Shown here in pieces: positions 20,618-30,603 of a stretch of DNA of 64,000 nucleotides. Below the pieces are notes generated by a model, which saw only the letters and a program-made list of their open reading frames with translations, had not been told where the DNA came from and ran no database searches. This DNA comes from an uncultured Acidobacteriaceae bacterium (GTDB lineage: Bacteria > Acidobacteriota > Terriglobia > Terriglobales > Acidobacteriaceae): assembly GCA_964252405.1 (NCBI GenBank), contig CAXUNH010000001.1, positions 566-64,565 of the forward strand. The letters run 5' to 3'. Numbering within the stretch: the stretch's first letter is position 1; every line of letters starts with the position of its first letter. Made by a program: the position numbers and the translations under genes.

Positions 20618-21280
20618 ATGGGTGAACGCACAATAGAACGGGACGAACCTGTGATGGACGAGCAGGGCGAGGCACTTCGCCGTGCGCAGGAGCGAGCCGA
20701 ACGAGCCGAGGCCGAGCTGGCAAAGTTGAAGTCGCAACGTGGGGCAGCATCACAAGCTGCCGAACCGCCGGCACCGCGAGCGGACGAACGGTCCTCTGTC
20801 GCCGGTCATCTTGTCGAGCCTGGATCCCTGGACCGCAACAAACAGCCGGCTGCCCAGGCCCCCGAAGGCCATGCCACCGGAGAGCGCGCAATGCGCGGGG
20901 TCGCCGCTCTGCGCGAAGACAGCATGATGGCTCACCTTTTGAATTCGCTGGATCGGGGCGAAGACATCGGGCACTACGGGCGGCTCGTCTTTGCGATGAT
21001 CGCGCGCCACTTCCTTAGCGACGACGAGGTCCTTGCGGAGCTGACGAAGGACCGGGACTTCTCCGAGGAGGATGCCCGCCAGATGCTGGTGCAGGTGGAA
21101 GGCCGCGATTACTCGCCGCCACGCCGCGAGCGCATTCTGGAGTGGCAGGCGGAGCAGAACTTCCCGATCATCCCCGACCCGCACGACCCGGACAGCGGGA
21201 ACGTTTACAAAACGCTGCGTTTTCCCAAGGAGACCTACAGCCACATCGGCCACTACCAGCAGGAGAAGGCCGAGAGTTAA
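20618..21280 (+). CDS. Hypothetical protein; C-terminal half resembles primase large subunit CTD (PriL/PriX-like)
   Basis: GAGG RBS; coding-like codon usage; GEDIGHYGRL, DFSEE, DYSPP motifs. Confidence 0.8.
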   Translation: MGERTIERDEPVMDEQGEALRRAQERAERAEAELAKLKSQRGAASQAAEPPAPRADERSSVAGHLVEPGSLDRNKQPAAQAPEGHATGERAMRGVAALREDSMMAHLLNSLDRGEDIGHYGRLVFAMIARHFLSDDEVLAELTKDRDFSEEDARQMLVQVEGRDYSPPRRERILEWQAEQNFPIIPDPHDPDSGNVYKTLRFPKETYSHIGHYQQEKAES

Positions 21281-21310
21281 GCCAAAAACCCGGGAAAGTA
21301 GAATGGGGAG

Positions 21311-22102
21311 ATGCCGTTTTCCGCCATTCCTCATGCTCATTACCTCTGGCTGGTCGCCGCATCGACGATCGCCGGGGTGATGAATGCGATGGCGGGTGGC
21401 GGCTCCTTCATCTCCTTCCCGGCGATGCTGGGGATGGGGGTTGCTCCGGTGCAGGCGAATGCGACCAATACCGTGGCGCTTTGGCCGGGGCAGCTCACCT
21501 CGCTGGCGACCTTGCGTGGCGATGTGCGCCGGGACCTCCTGCCCACCGTGCTCGCCACCAGCATCGTTGGCGGCGTGATAGGGGCGGAGGTTCTGCTGCA
21601 TACGCGCCAGCAGACCTTTCTTCACCTCATCCCCTGGCTGATCCTCGGCGGCACGCTGATCTTCGGCCTCTCAGGTCCGGTGTCGAAGTGGCTGCGGCAG
21701 CAAGCCGGCGAATCCCATGCGGAGCACCAGCGCCCGCTGCCCTTGCTTCCCCTGGCCGTTTCGTTGTTCCCGATCACCTTTTACATCGGCTACTTTGGCG
21801 CGGGCGGCGGCTTCATGGTGATGACCGTTCTCGCTCTGTTCGGCATGGAAGAGATGCACGCCTTGAACGCGATGAAGGTCGTCGCGGCGTGCGCTTCAAA
21901 CCTGTGCGCCATCTTTACGTTTGTCTTCCAGGGCGCGATCGAGTGGCGCTACTGCGTCGTCAGCATGCTGTTCGCCGCGGCCGGAGGTTACATCGGCGCC
22001 CGCTTTGCCCGTCGCGTGAACGGCAACGTCCTCCGGGCCATCGTCGTCCTCACGGGATGCGTGATTGCCGGGTATTTTTTCTGGCGGTTAAGGTCGGCAT
22101 AA
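21311..22102 (+). CDS. Sulfite exporter TauE/SafE family protein
   Basis: NAMAGGGSFISFP, ANATN, YIGYFGAGGG; about 8 TM. Confidence 0.9.
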   Translation: MPFSAIPHAHYLWLVAASTIAGVMNAMAGGGSFISFPAMLGMGVAPVQANATNTVALWPGQLTSLATLRGDVRRDLLPTVLATSIVGGVIGAEVLLHTRQQTFLHLIPWLILGGTLIFGLSGPVSKWLRQQAGESHAEHQRPLPLLPLAVSLFPITFYIGYFGAGGGFMVMTVLALFGMEEMHALNAMKVVAACASNLCAIFTFVFQGAIEWRYCVVSMLFAAAGGYIGARFARRVNGNVLRAIVVLTGCVIAGYFFWRLRSA

Positions 22103-22138
22103 CGCGGCGGTTGCAGGCCGCAGAAGGGATCGACGTGT

Positions 22139-22609
22139 ATGAGTCACGATGGAGTGCGTTTGGTGTCGGCGGAAGAAGCCGCGGCGGACCGGGCCCGCGA
22201 GCAGCGCAGGCTTTCCGGTGAGGCCGTACGCCCGGCCAAGGTGCGCGTGGACAAGACCGGCGGCACCGGGATGACCATCGACTGGCGCGACGGCCATCAA
22301 AGCCACTGGAGCTTCCGCTGGCTGCGCGATGCGTGCCCTTGCGCCACCTGCCATGAGGCTCGCGAACACGAGGGGCGCGCGCCGGGTATTGCCAAAGCAA
22401 AGCCGAAAACCTTGCTGCCGATGTACGAAGCACCGCCTTTGCCCACCGAGGTCGAACCGGTCGGCCGGTATGCGATCAAGTTCCTATGGAACGACGGCCA
22501 CGAAGCCGGCCTGTACTCGTGGGATTACCTGCGCAATGTCTGCGATTTTGAACTGCGGCGCCAGAACGCCGACGCGGCTGACACTACGCGACAGGCAGCT
22601 CCGGCGTAG
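22139..22609 (+). CDS. DUF971 / gamma-butyrobetaine hydroxylase N-terminal-like domain protein
   Basis: WRDGH, LRDACPCATC, VGRYAI, WNDGHEAGLYSWDYL. Confidence 0.88.
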   Translation: MSHDGVRLVSAEEAAADRAREQRRLSGEAVRPAKVRVDKTGGTGMTIDWRDGHQSHWSFRWLRDACPCATCHEAREHEGRAPGIAKAKPKTLLPMYEAPPLPTEVEPVGRYAIKFLWNDGHEAGLYSWDYLRNVCDFELRRQNADAADTTRQAAPA

Positions 22610-23402
22610 CCGCTAGTAGCTGTTGCGTATAGGCCTCGCGCGGGTGTTCACACACCTGCTGCCACGTGCCTTCCTCCACCAATCTTCCCTTTTGCAGCAC
22701 GGCCACGCGGTGGCACAGGTAGCGGACCAGGGGCATGGAGTGCGAGATGAAGAGGCAAGTCAGCCCATACCGCGTTTGCAGATCGCGCAGCAGATTGATC
22801 ACCTGGGCGCCGACAGACACGTCTAGTGCGCTTACGGGCTCATCGAGGACGACAAACTCCGGCCTGAGCGCGAGAGCGCGCGCGATGTTGATCCTTTGCC
22901 GCTGCCCCCCGGAGAACGCATGCGGGTAGCGCGCGAGGGCGGACGCATCCAGCCCCACCTCCTCCAGCAACGACACCAGTCGTCGTTCCAGACCTTCTTC
23001 CGCGCGCTCGCCGTGGATCTTGAAGGGCTCCGACAGGATCTGACGAACGTTCATGCGGGGGTCCAGCGCTGCGTACGGGTCCTGGAAGACGATGGCGAGT
23101 CTCCGGCGCAAACGGCGCATAGAGCTCGCCTTCAGCTTCAGCAGATCGATCTCTTTCCCCGCGCCGGTCTCCGCGGAGTCGTGGAAGATCACCTGCCCCA
23201 GCGTGGGTTCGATGAGGCGAAGCATCATGCGGCCGATCGTGCTCTTGCCCGATCCGGATTCACCAACCAGACCCAGAGTTTCGCCCCGGTGCACGGCAAG
23301 CGATACTCCGTCGACCACTCGCACTGGGCCGTAGGCTTTGACCAGCCCGCGCGCTTCCAGGAGCGGTGTGTGCGGGACTTCGGCAGTCTCTGCTCCGTTC
23401 AC
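22584..23402 (-). CDS. Oligopeptide/dipeptide ABC transporter ATP-binding protein
   Basis: GESGSGKS, FQDP, FSGGQRQR, LDEPVSALD, ISH, YTQQLL. Confidence 0.93.
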   Translation of the reverse strand: MNGAETAEVPHTPLLEARGLVKAYGPVRVVDGVSLAVHRGETLGLVGESGSGKSTIGRMMLRLIEPTLGQVIFHDSAETGAGKEIDLLKLKASSMRRLRRRLAIVFQDPYAALDPRMNVRQILSEPFKIHGERAEEGLERRLVSLLEEVGLDASALARYPHAFSGGQRQRINIARALALRPEFVVLDEPVSALDVSVGAQVINLLRDLQTRYGLTCLFISHSMPLVRYLCHRVAVLQKGRLVEEGTWQQVCEHPREAYTQQLLAATPELPVA

Positions 23403-23506
23403 CTCTCCAGAGTACCGAAGGCCGTGGATCTCGCCCCCGCCAGCATCGGGCGGGGATGCGAGGGCTACTCGCCCTGCCAACTCTCGCCGCGCCCGGAGCG
23501 ATCGGC

Positions 23507-23965
23507 TCAGGTATTCTCGCTAAAGATCAGCTTCCAGCCCTGTTCGGTCTTTTCGAAGATCTCCGTGAAGACGCCTTCCGCGTCGCCGCCGTTTTTGCGG
23601 GAGCGCGACAGGCGATAGCGCCCCAGAGCGAGGGCGAAGTTCGGTCCCAGTTCGCGCACCTCTACGGAGCTCTGCTCCAGCGTGCCCATTGCCTCCTTGT
23701 TCGGAAAGGTGGCGTGGTAGGCGGAGCGGATGTTGGCCAGCCCGTGCACGGGGCCGTTCAGGATCGCTTCCGTGTCGTCCGCATCCTTGTACAGGGCGAT
23801 GTAACCGTCAAGGTCACCATTGTTCCAGGTGTGCTCCTGCGCGATCACGACCTTGGTGACGTCCAGTTGTTCGCGGCTGGCCGTATAAAGCTGGCCATGC
23901 GTCTGTGTGTATCCCAGGCTGGTGCAACACAACAAGAAGGCAATGGGGGCCGAAACGCTGCGCAT
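23507..23965 (-). CDS. NTF2-like (DUF4440/YybH) secreted protein
   Basis: Signal peptide; WNNGDLDGY, MGTL, GWKLI. Confidence 0.8.
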   Translation of the reverse strand: MRSVSAPIAFLLCCTSLGYTQTHGQLYTASREQLDVTKVVIAQEHTWNNGDLDGYIALYKDADDTEAILNGPVHGLANIRSAYHATFPNKEAMGTLEQSSVEVRELGPNFALALGRYRLSRSRKNGGDAEGVFTEIFEKTEQGWKLIFSENT

Positions 23966-24039
23966 CGGTGAAAGATCCTCGCCAGGCTTCATCATAACGG
24001 GCGCTGCAAGCCGCAGCGGCACAGGCCTGCCGGGACCCG

Positions 24040-24516
24040 CTACTTGCTCGCCGGCGTGATCGCCGTGGTGTCGTCGCGGACGATCTTCCAGCCTGCCCCC
24101 GTTTTCTCCAGCACGAGCAGGAAGTACCCGTCCGCATCGCCACCCCCAGCGGCCGTGCGTTGCAGATGAAAGTGGCCCGTTGCCGTGGCGAAGCGCTCGT
24201 CCAGCGGCTGGACTTCCAGCGCAGAAAAGCTCAGCAGGCCCATCGCTTCACGCGTGGGGTAGTGGGCCTTGTAGCTCGCCAGCATACCGGCATACCCATG
24301 TGCCACCCGGCTGCCCATAAAAAGAATGTCGGGCGAATCCTTGTAGCCCCTCGCGAATGCAACCAGATCGCCGCGGTTCCAATCCGCTGCCTGCTGGGTG
24401 AGGGTGGCCTTCACCGCACCAGACGGCTCCTGCGCTAAAGCTGGAAGCACAGACGCGAGGAACATGGCTGCCAACACCGGGATCCGGCGCAGAGTACGTG
24501 TCTTGCATGAAAGCAT
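24040..24516 (-). CDS. NTF2-like (DUF4440/YybH) secreted protein
   Basis: GGAGGAG RBS; signal peptide; WNRGDL, MGLLSF, GWKIVRDDT. Confidence 0.82.
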   Translation of the reverse strand: MLSCKTRTLRRIPVLAAMFLASVLPALAQEPSGAVKATLTQQAADWNRGDLVAFARGYKDSPDILFMGSRVAHGYAGMLASYKAHYPTREAMGLLSFSALEVQPLDERFATATGHFHLQRTAAGGGDADGYFLLVLEKTGAGWKIVRDDTTAITPASK

Positions 24517-24562
24517 GGGCTCCTCCCGCGCGGGGCATGCGCCGCGGAACTAGAATCTTCTC

Positions 24563-26740
24563 ATGCGCACCAGCCAGGTCCATGCCGTTTGTACGCTCGA
24601 TTGTCCGGACTCCTGCGGCGTCCTGGTGACGGTGGACGAGCTTACCGGTCGCGCGACGAAGGTGCAGGGCGACCCGGCTCATCCGGTGACGCGCGGCTTT
24701 CTTTGCGGCAAGGTGGCACGGTATCTGGATCGCGTCTACGCGCCCGACCGGCTGCTTTACCCCATGCGACGGAAGCCCGGCGTCCCGAAGGGATTTTTGC
24801 CCCAGGGCAAAGAGGCGGAGGCGTTCGAACGCATCTCCTGGGATGAGGCTCTCGACGGCATCGCAATGCGTTTGAAGGCGATCAGCGAAGAGCACGGCGC
24901 TGAAAGCATCCTGCCCTACAGCTATGCCGGCACCATTGGACAGCTCGGCTACGGGTCGATGGACCGGCGGTTCTTTCACCGGCTCGGTGCATCGCAGCTT
25001 GACCGCACGATCTGCTCCACAGCAGGCACCGCGGCCCTGAACAGCGTGTACGGAACGCGCCTCGGGACAGCGCCGGGGGACTTCGCCCGGGCGGGCCTGA
25101 TCATCGCCTGGGCCGCCAACATCCACGGCAACAACATCCATCTCTGGCCGTTCATTGAAGAGGCACGCCGCAACGGCGCCCGGCTTGTGGTGATCGACCC
25201 CTATAAGACCCGAACAGCCGCGCTCGCCGACAACTGGCTGGCCATTCGTCCCGGCACCGACGGACTCCTGGCCCTTGCGATGATGCACGTTCTGTTCCGC
25301 GACGGGCTGGAGGACCGGAGCTATCTGGACGCATGCACAAACGACTGGCAGGCGTTGCGTGAACTTGCGCTCCGCCCCGAGCACAGCCCCGAGGAAACGG
25401 CCGGGGTCACAGGCATTGCGGCGAGCACCGTGGAGCGCATTGCCCGGGGATACGGCGAGGCCGGGCGTGATGGGCGGCCGCCTGCGGTGATCCGCCTGAA
25501 CTACGGGATCCAGCGCAGCGAAAACGGCGGGACCGCCGCACGCGCCGTGGCCATGCTGCCGTTGATCACCGGTTCGTGGCAGAGGCAGGGCGGTGGTCTG
25601 TTGCTGTCGACCTCCGCTGCGTTTCCGTTCAACGAGGCCAGGCTGCGGATGCCCGAACTGATGAAAGCAAGCCCTCTCCGGCGTGCGGCGCGGACCGTTA
25701 ACATGAACGAGCTCGGGCAGGCGCTTACCACGTTGAACGATCCTCCCGTGAAGGCGCTGTTCGTGTACAACTGCAACGCTGCCGCCGTGGCCCCGGATTC
25801 CAACCAGGTGCTTGCCGGGTTGCGGCGCTCCGACCTATTCACGGTCGTGCATGAACAGTTCTTCACGGACACCACCGACTACGCCGACATCGTTCTGCCC
25901 GCGACGACGTTTCTGGAGCACAAGGAGCTCATGGGCGCGTATGGACACACGGTGGTGCAGCTCTCCGAGCGGGCCATCCAGCCGCCCGGTGAGGCGCGCT
26001 CGAACGTGTGGCTGTTTGCGGAGCTCGGGCAGCGGATGGGCTTTCCGGAAAGGGCCTTCCGCGACAGCGAGGATGACCTCATCGCGCAAGCGCTCGACAC
26101 CCCGCATCCGCATTTCGAGGGCATTACTGTATCCGCGTTGAGCCGCGAGAAGCAGCTTCCGCTGGCGTTGCCCAGAAACAGCCGCGGCGAGACGTTGCCC
26201 TTCAGCGACTCGAACTGGTTTCGCACGCCGAGCGGCAAGGCCAATCTCCTGCCCTTGCCCGAGTGGCACGCGGCGGCCGAGTCCCGCGCGGGAGCATTGG
26301 TTTTGCCCCGGGCGGATGTGGAGCCGACGCATACTACGGCGCTGCGCAAGGGAGTTACCTTTCCGCTGGAGTTTCTGCCCCGCAAGGCCGATAACTACAT
26401 GAATTCAACCTTTGCCAACCTGCCCGGTCACCAGATCATGGAACGGCGCACGGCAGGCATTCTGGTTATGCATCCCACTGACGCTGAGCCCCGCAACATC
26501 CGCAGCGGGGACGCTGTGGAGGTGTTCAACGGCCGGGGCCGCATCGAGTTGGTCGCCCGGGTGGGCCAAAGCATCACGCCCGGCGCAGTGGCCGCGCGCC
26601 TGGATTGGCAGAAGCTCTCGCCGGAGAACCAGAACGTGAATGCGCTAACAAGCCAGCGGCTCACGGACATCGGCGGTGGCGCGACGTTTTATTCCACACT
26701 GGTCGAGGTCGCCCGCGTGCACCCGCTCGCGGCGGATTAG
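24563..26740 (+). CDS. Molybdopterin-dependent oxidoreductase, catalytic subunit
   Basis: CTLDCPDSC...LCGK Fe-S motif, ISWDEAL, IRPGTD, ADIVLPAT, C-terminal HP.DA dinucleotide-binding domain. Confidence 0.92.
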   Translation: MRTSQVHAVCTLDCPDSCGVLVTVDELTGRATKVQGDPAHPVTRGFLCGKVARYLDRVYAPDRLLYPMRRKPGVPKGFLPQGKEAEAFERISWDEALDGIAMRLKAISEEHGAESILPYSYAGTIGQLGYGSMDRRFFHRLGASQLDRTICSTAGTAALNSVYGTRLGTAPGDFARAGLIIAWAANIHGNNIHLWPFIEEARRNGARLVVIDPYKTRTAALADNWLAIRPGTDGLLALAMMHVLFRDGLEDRSYLDACTNDWQALRELALRPEHSPEETAGVTGIAASTVERIARGYGEAGRDGRPPAVIRLNYGIQRSENGGTAARAVAMLPLITGSWQRQGGGLLLSTSAAFPFNEARLRMPELMKASPLRRAARTVNMNELGQALTTLNDPPVKALFVYNCNAAAVAPDSNQVLAGLRRSDLFTVVHEQFFTDTTDYADIVLPATTFLEHKELMGAYGHTVVQLSERAIQPPGEARSNVWLFAELGQRMGFPERAFRDSEDDLIAQALDTPHPHFEGITVSALSREKQLPLALPRNSRGETLPFSDSNWFRTPSGKANLLPLPEWHAAAESRAGALVLPRADVEPTHTTALRKGVTFPLEFLPRKADNYMNSTFANLPGHQIMERRTAGILVMHPTDAEPRNIRSGDAVEVFNGRGRIELVARVGQSITPGAVAARLDWQKLSPENQNVNALTSQRLTDIGGGATFYSTLVEVARVHPLAAD

Positions 26741-26742
26741 CC

Positions 26743-26775
26743 AAGAAAAGGAGAGGCGCCGAAGCGCCTCTCCTT
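26743..26775. terminator. Intrinsic terminator between convergent genes (U-tract on minus strand)
   Basis: AAGGAGAGGCGC-CGAA-GCGCCTCTCCTT 12-bp stem, UUCG loop on minus strand, A-run on the left. Confidence 0.8.
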
Positions 26776-26790
26776 ACCCTGAAGAGCGAT

Positions 26791-27312
26791 TTAGCGGCTT
26801 GCGGACGCCGAGGCGGCAGCGCGATTCTCCTGGGACGAGAGCGACGACAGGATCTGATCCGTGCGCTTCTCCTCGTCCAGCGTCTGCTGCAACAAGCTGG
26901 CGTGACGATCGTAGCCAAGAATGCGAGCCCACTCGCGGGCCGAGCCATACGAGGAGATCTCGTAGTGCTCGATCTTCTGCGCCGTGGCCAACAGGCCGGC
27001 ATCCCGCACCGGACCTTCGCTGGACTCGCGTGTGATGTTCGCACCCGAACCGATCAGCGCGGCGCAGACCGGGTCTTTCTTATCATCGGCATCGCCGGTC
27101 AGCTCCTGCAGAATCTCCTGCAGCCGCTGGGCCTGTACGCGGGTTTCTTGCTGGTGCGTCTTGAACGCCTGGATCAGCTGGCTGTCCTGTGTGCTTTCGA
27201 TCATGGTCTGAAGACCATCCACGATCTGGTTTTCGGTGGAAAGCAGATACTGAAGTTGGCCGGTATACAGCGACCGGAGATCGTCATAGTCGTTCGGCGT
27301 GATGAAGCCCAT
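26791..27312 (-). CDS. Ferritin-like DUF892 (YciE/YciF) stress protein
   Basis: E-x-Q, HQQET, AQKIEHYEISSYG, TLDEEK..D..L. Confidence 0.9.
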   Translation of the reverse strand: MGFITPNDYDDLRSLYTGQLQYLLSTENQIVDGLQTMIESTQDSQLIQAFKTHQQETRVQAQRLQEILQELTGDADDKKDPVCAALIGSGANITRESSEGPVRDAGLLATAQKIEHYEISSYGSAREWARILGYDRHASLLQQTLDEEKRTDQILSSLSSQENRAAASASASR

Positions 27313-27448
27313 ACGTAACCTCGGGGAGGGGGTAGTTACCACCTTTCCATAAGAAGCCGAAGCGCTGTTCTGCGTTGGCCGCTGCCTGCCCCGACTTTCA
27401 TGCGGTCATTGCGCTCGCGGCGGTCCGCTAGAATGGCCGGACACACAC

Positions 27449-28885
27449 ATGGCACTGTACGCGATCGTTCTGGGCATCATTGTGGTCACGCTGCTGAGCG
27501 TTTCGCTGGCGCGGCTGGGCAAGGTAAAAACCAAGGCGGACTACCTGGTCGCGGGCCGCAGCCTGGGCGCGTTTGTCCTGGTCTTCACGCTTCTTTCCAG
27601 TTGGATCGGCTCCGGATCGCTGCTGGGCGGCGCCGAAAACGCCTACAAACACGGCTTCCCTGCCCTGTGGCAGGCGGGTGGGGGCTGGGCCGGTCTGCTG
27701 CTCATCTACTTCATCGCGCCGCGCGCCCGCAAGTTCGCCCAGTTCACCATCCCTGACCTGCTGGAAGCCCGCTACAACCAGACTGCGCGCGTGCTGGGCG
27801 TCATCGCCGTCCTGTTCACCTACACCGCGATCACCAGCTACCAGTTCATCGGCGGCGGTGACATTCTGCACCTCATCTTTCCGCAGGTCACGGCGGTAGG
27901 AGGTCAATACATCCTGGCCGGCTTCGTGATCCTGTTCACCGCGATTGCCGGAATGAGTTCGGTGGCGTACATGGACGTTGTGATCGGGATGCTTGCGACG
28001 GTGACGATGATCGCCGCTCTCCCGGTCCTCGCCCATATGGCCGGCGGTTGGTCTGCGATCCGCGCGTCTTTGCCGGCAACCCACTTTCAGGTGCTGGGCG
28101 ACTTCACGCCGGTCACGGCGGCCGAGCTCTTCCTGCCTACCTGCCTGCTGATGCTGGGTAACCAGGCGATGTACCAGAAGTTCTTCTCTGCAAAGACCGA
28201 ACGCGACGCCTCGCGGGCAGTGGTGGGCTGGATCATCGGCACGATCATTTTGGAGACGATCATCGTCGGTATCGCAGTGGTGGGCTCCGCGCTGTACCGT
28301 ACCGGCGAGGTAGCGCAGAGGCCCCGCGAGGTGCTTGCGTTTACAGCGGTGCATGCCTTCGGCGGAACACCGGCGCTTGCGGTGCTGGGGGCCCTGCTTG
28401 TGGGGGCCATCTTCGCAAAGGTGGTCTCGACGGCGAACAATTACCTGTTCTCACCCGCGACCAACCTGATCAACGACGTGTTCGTCCGGTACATCCGGCC
28501 GGACGCCCCACAGGCCCAGGTGTTGATTGTGTCCCGGGTGCTGGTCGTGGCGCTTGGGTTGTGGGCGCTTTGGCAATCGCTGGGCACCACCAGTGTGCTG
28601 AAGAAGAGCCTGTACGCCTACACCATCTACTCGGCCGCGCTGACGCCGGTGATCCTGGCGGCCTTTTTCTGGCGCCGCGCCACGGCGGCGGGTGCCGTGA
28701 GCTCGATTGCAGCAGGAACTGCCATTACGGTGTCGTGGGATGCCGTCTCAGCGCACCTGCCTGTCTGGCTAGGCCAGCGCGATCCTATCCTGCCGGCACT
28801 GCTGGTGTCCGTGTGTGCGCTGGTCGTCGTGAGCCTGCTCACGCGGCGGCCCGATGCGGCGCATCTGGCTTCGTTGGAGAGATAA
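27449..28885 (+). CDS. Sodium:solute symporter family protein
   Basis: DYLVAGRSL, SWIGSGS, FTIPDLLEARY, YQKFFSAK; about 13 TM. Confidence 0.92.
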   Translation: MALYAIVLGIIVVTLLSVSLARLGKVKTKADYLVAGRSLGAFVLVFTLLSSWIGSGSLLGGAENAYKHGFPALWQAGGGWAGLLLIYFIAPRARKFAQFTIPDLLEARYNQTARVLGVIAVLFTYTAITSYQFIGGGDILHLIFPQVTAVGGQYILAGFVILFTAIAGMSSVAYMDVVIGMLATVTMIAALPVLAHMAGGWSAIRASLPATHFQVLGDFTPVTAAELFLPTCLLMLGNQAMYQKFFSAKTERDASRAVVGWIIGTIILETIIVGIAVVGSALYRTGEVAQRPREVLAFTAVHAFGGTPALAVLGALLVGAIFAKVVSTANNYLFSPATNLINDVFVRYIRPDAPQAQVLIVSRVLVVALGLWALWQSLGTTSVLKKSLYAYTIYSAALTPVILAAFFWRRATAAGAVSSIAAGTAITVSWDAVSAHLPVWLGQRDPILPALLVSVCALVVVSLLTRRPDAAHLASLER

Positions 28886-28897
28886 AGCCCGGAAAAA

Positions 28898-28930
28898 AGC
28901 AGACCCCTTCGCTTCGCTGCGGGATAACAA
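28898..28930. repeat. Single REP-like palindromic repeat unit (AGCAGACCCCTTCGCTTCGCTGCGGGATAAC)
   Basis: Similar to the right arm of the element at 43256-43356; lies between convergent genes. Confidence 0.55.
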
Positions 28931-28969
28931 CTCAGTAGGATTGCGGATCGGCGTTCTGGTAGAAGAATC

Positions 28970-30439
28970 TTACCGGCTTTGCAGCGGCTTGCTGATCGAC
29001 TCCAGCGACTTTCCGGCGGCTTCCACACCGATCTTCCACTCCGTGATCGAGCCCGCCAGCATCAACGCGGCGCCGAGGGCATAGCCGCCCGACACCGCCC
29101 AACGCGAGCCGGTGTTGATCAGCAAACCAAACAGCAGCGGAGCACCGGCGCCCCCCACCAGCGTGCCGATTGCATAGAAGATGGCGATCGCGAAGGCACG
29201 GATCTCCAGCGGAAAAATCTCACTGACGGTGAGGTATGCCGCGCTGGCGGCTGAGGATGCGACAAAGAAGATGATGGAGAACAGGATGCCGATGCCATGC
29301 GGCCCCAGCGTGCCCATGCCGAACGGGATCAAAGTGGCGACCAGCAATACACCTGCGGTGCCGTAGGTGGCCGTAATCATTGGCTTGCGGCCGATCTTTT
29401 CAAACAGCCAGCCCAGCGTAAGCGGGCCGAAGAAGCTGGCGATCGCGAACGGCAGCAGGTGACGCGGAAGGTCCTTATCGGCGACATGGTAAAAACGCTT
29501 CACGACGAGACCATAGGAGAAGAACACGGCGTTAAAAAAGAACGCCTGACCCACCATTAGCACCAGGCCGAGGATGGAGCGCTGCTTGTTCTCGCCAAGC
29601 ATGTTGGCGAAGATCTCCTTCATCGGCGTGTGGTCGCGCACGGTGATCTTCAACTTTTCGCCTTCCGGGGGTGGCAGGCTGGAAGGGTCCCCGTGCGTGG
29701 CGCGTTGCTCGATGTCGTCGACAATCTTGTTGGCCTGATCCTCGCGGCCGCGCAACATCAGCCAGCGTGGGCTTTCCGGGACAAACAGACGCAGAATCAA
29801 CACACCGAGGCCGAGAGCGCCACCGATGCCGAAGGCATAACGCCAGCCGCGGTCCGGCGCGAGACCATGCCCGGCCAGCAGAAACATCGCGACAAAGCCG
29901 CCCAGCGTAGCTCCCACCCAGAACGTGCCGTTTACGACAAGATCGGTGACGCCGCGCACTTTGCCGGGGATGAGTTCGTCGACCGCGGAGTTGATCGCTG
30001 CGTACTCGCCGCCGATGCCCACCCCGGTGAAGAAGCGGAAGACGGCAAAGGAACCGAAGCCCCAGGAAAATGCGCTGGCGACGGTGGCCAGCGAGTAAGT
30101 TGCCAGCGTCACGAGGAACAACTTCCGGCGACCCAGGCGGTCCGTTAGATAGCCGAAGAGCAGCGCCCCGAACACCGCGCCAAACAGATACGTCGTCGCG
30201 GCCGCCGTGACCTGCGGATCACTCAGACCAAGACCGGACTTGCTCTCCAGAATGCCTGACAGCGACCCCACCAACGTAACTTCCAGGCCGTCCAGCAGCC
30301 ACGACGTACCGAGAGCGGTGATGATGCGGGCGTGCCAGCGCGACCACGGCAGGCGGTCCATTCGCTGGGGAATGTCGGTCTCAATCTGTTTGTTGTCTCG
30401 CGCATCCTGTGCGCTGCTTTGAACCTGGGCCTGGGGCAT
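28970..30439 (-). CDS. MFS transporter (sugar/aromatic acid type)
   Basis: RMDRLPWSRWH, LDGLE, TDRLGRRK, GGEYAAINSAVDE, PESPRWL, SEIFPLEIR. Confidence 0.93.
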   Translation of the reverse strand: MPQAQVQSSAQDARDNKQIETDIPQRMDRLPWSRWHARIITALGTSWLLDGLEVTLVGSLSGILESKSGLGLSDPQVTAAATTYLFGAVFGALLFGYLTDRLGRRKLFLVTLATYSLATVASAFSWGFGSFAVFRFFTGVGIGGEYAAINSAVDELIPGKVRGVTDLVVNGTFWVGATLGGFVAMFLLAGHGLAPDRGWRYAFGIGGALGLGVLILRLFVPESPRWLMLRGREDQANKIVDDIEQRATHGDPSSLPPPEGEKLKITVRDHTPMKEIFANMLGENKQRSILGLVLMVGQAFFFNAVFFSYGLVVKRFYHVADKDLPRHLLPFAIASFFGPLTLGWLFEKIGRKPMITATYGTAGVLLVATLIPFGMGTLGPHGIGILFSIIFFVASSAASAAYLTVSEIFPLEIRAFAIAIFYAIGTLVGGAGAPLLFGLLINTGSRWAVSGGYALGAALMLAGSITEWKIGVEAAGKSLESISKPLQSR

Positions 30440-30603
30440 GGGGTGCCTTTGCGAGTGGTCTGGAGCTTCCGATGCACGTGGCCAACAAGAGAGCCCGTCC
30501 ATGCCGGCCAGAAGCCGTCGCATGAGCTTATTCCCGGGAGCGGAGGTTCGCCAAGTGGCTCCTGCTTTGCCTTGCATTCAGCGATCAGGCTTGTGCAAAA
30601 GAC

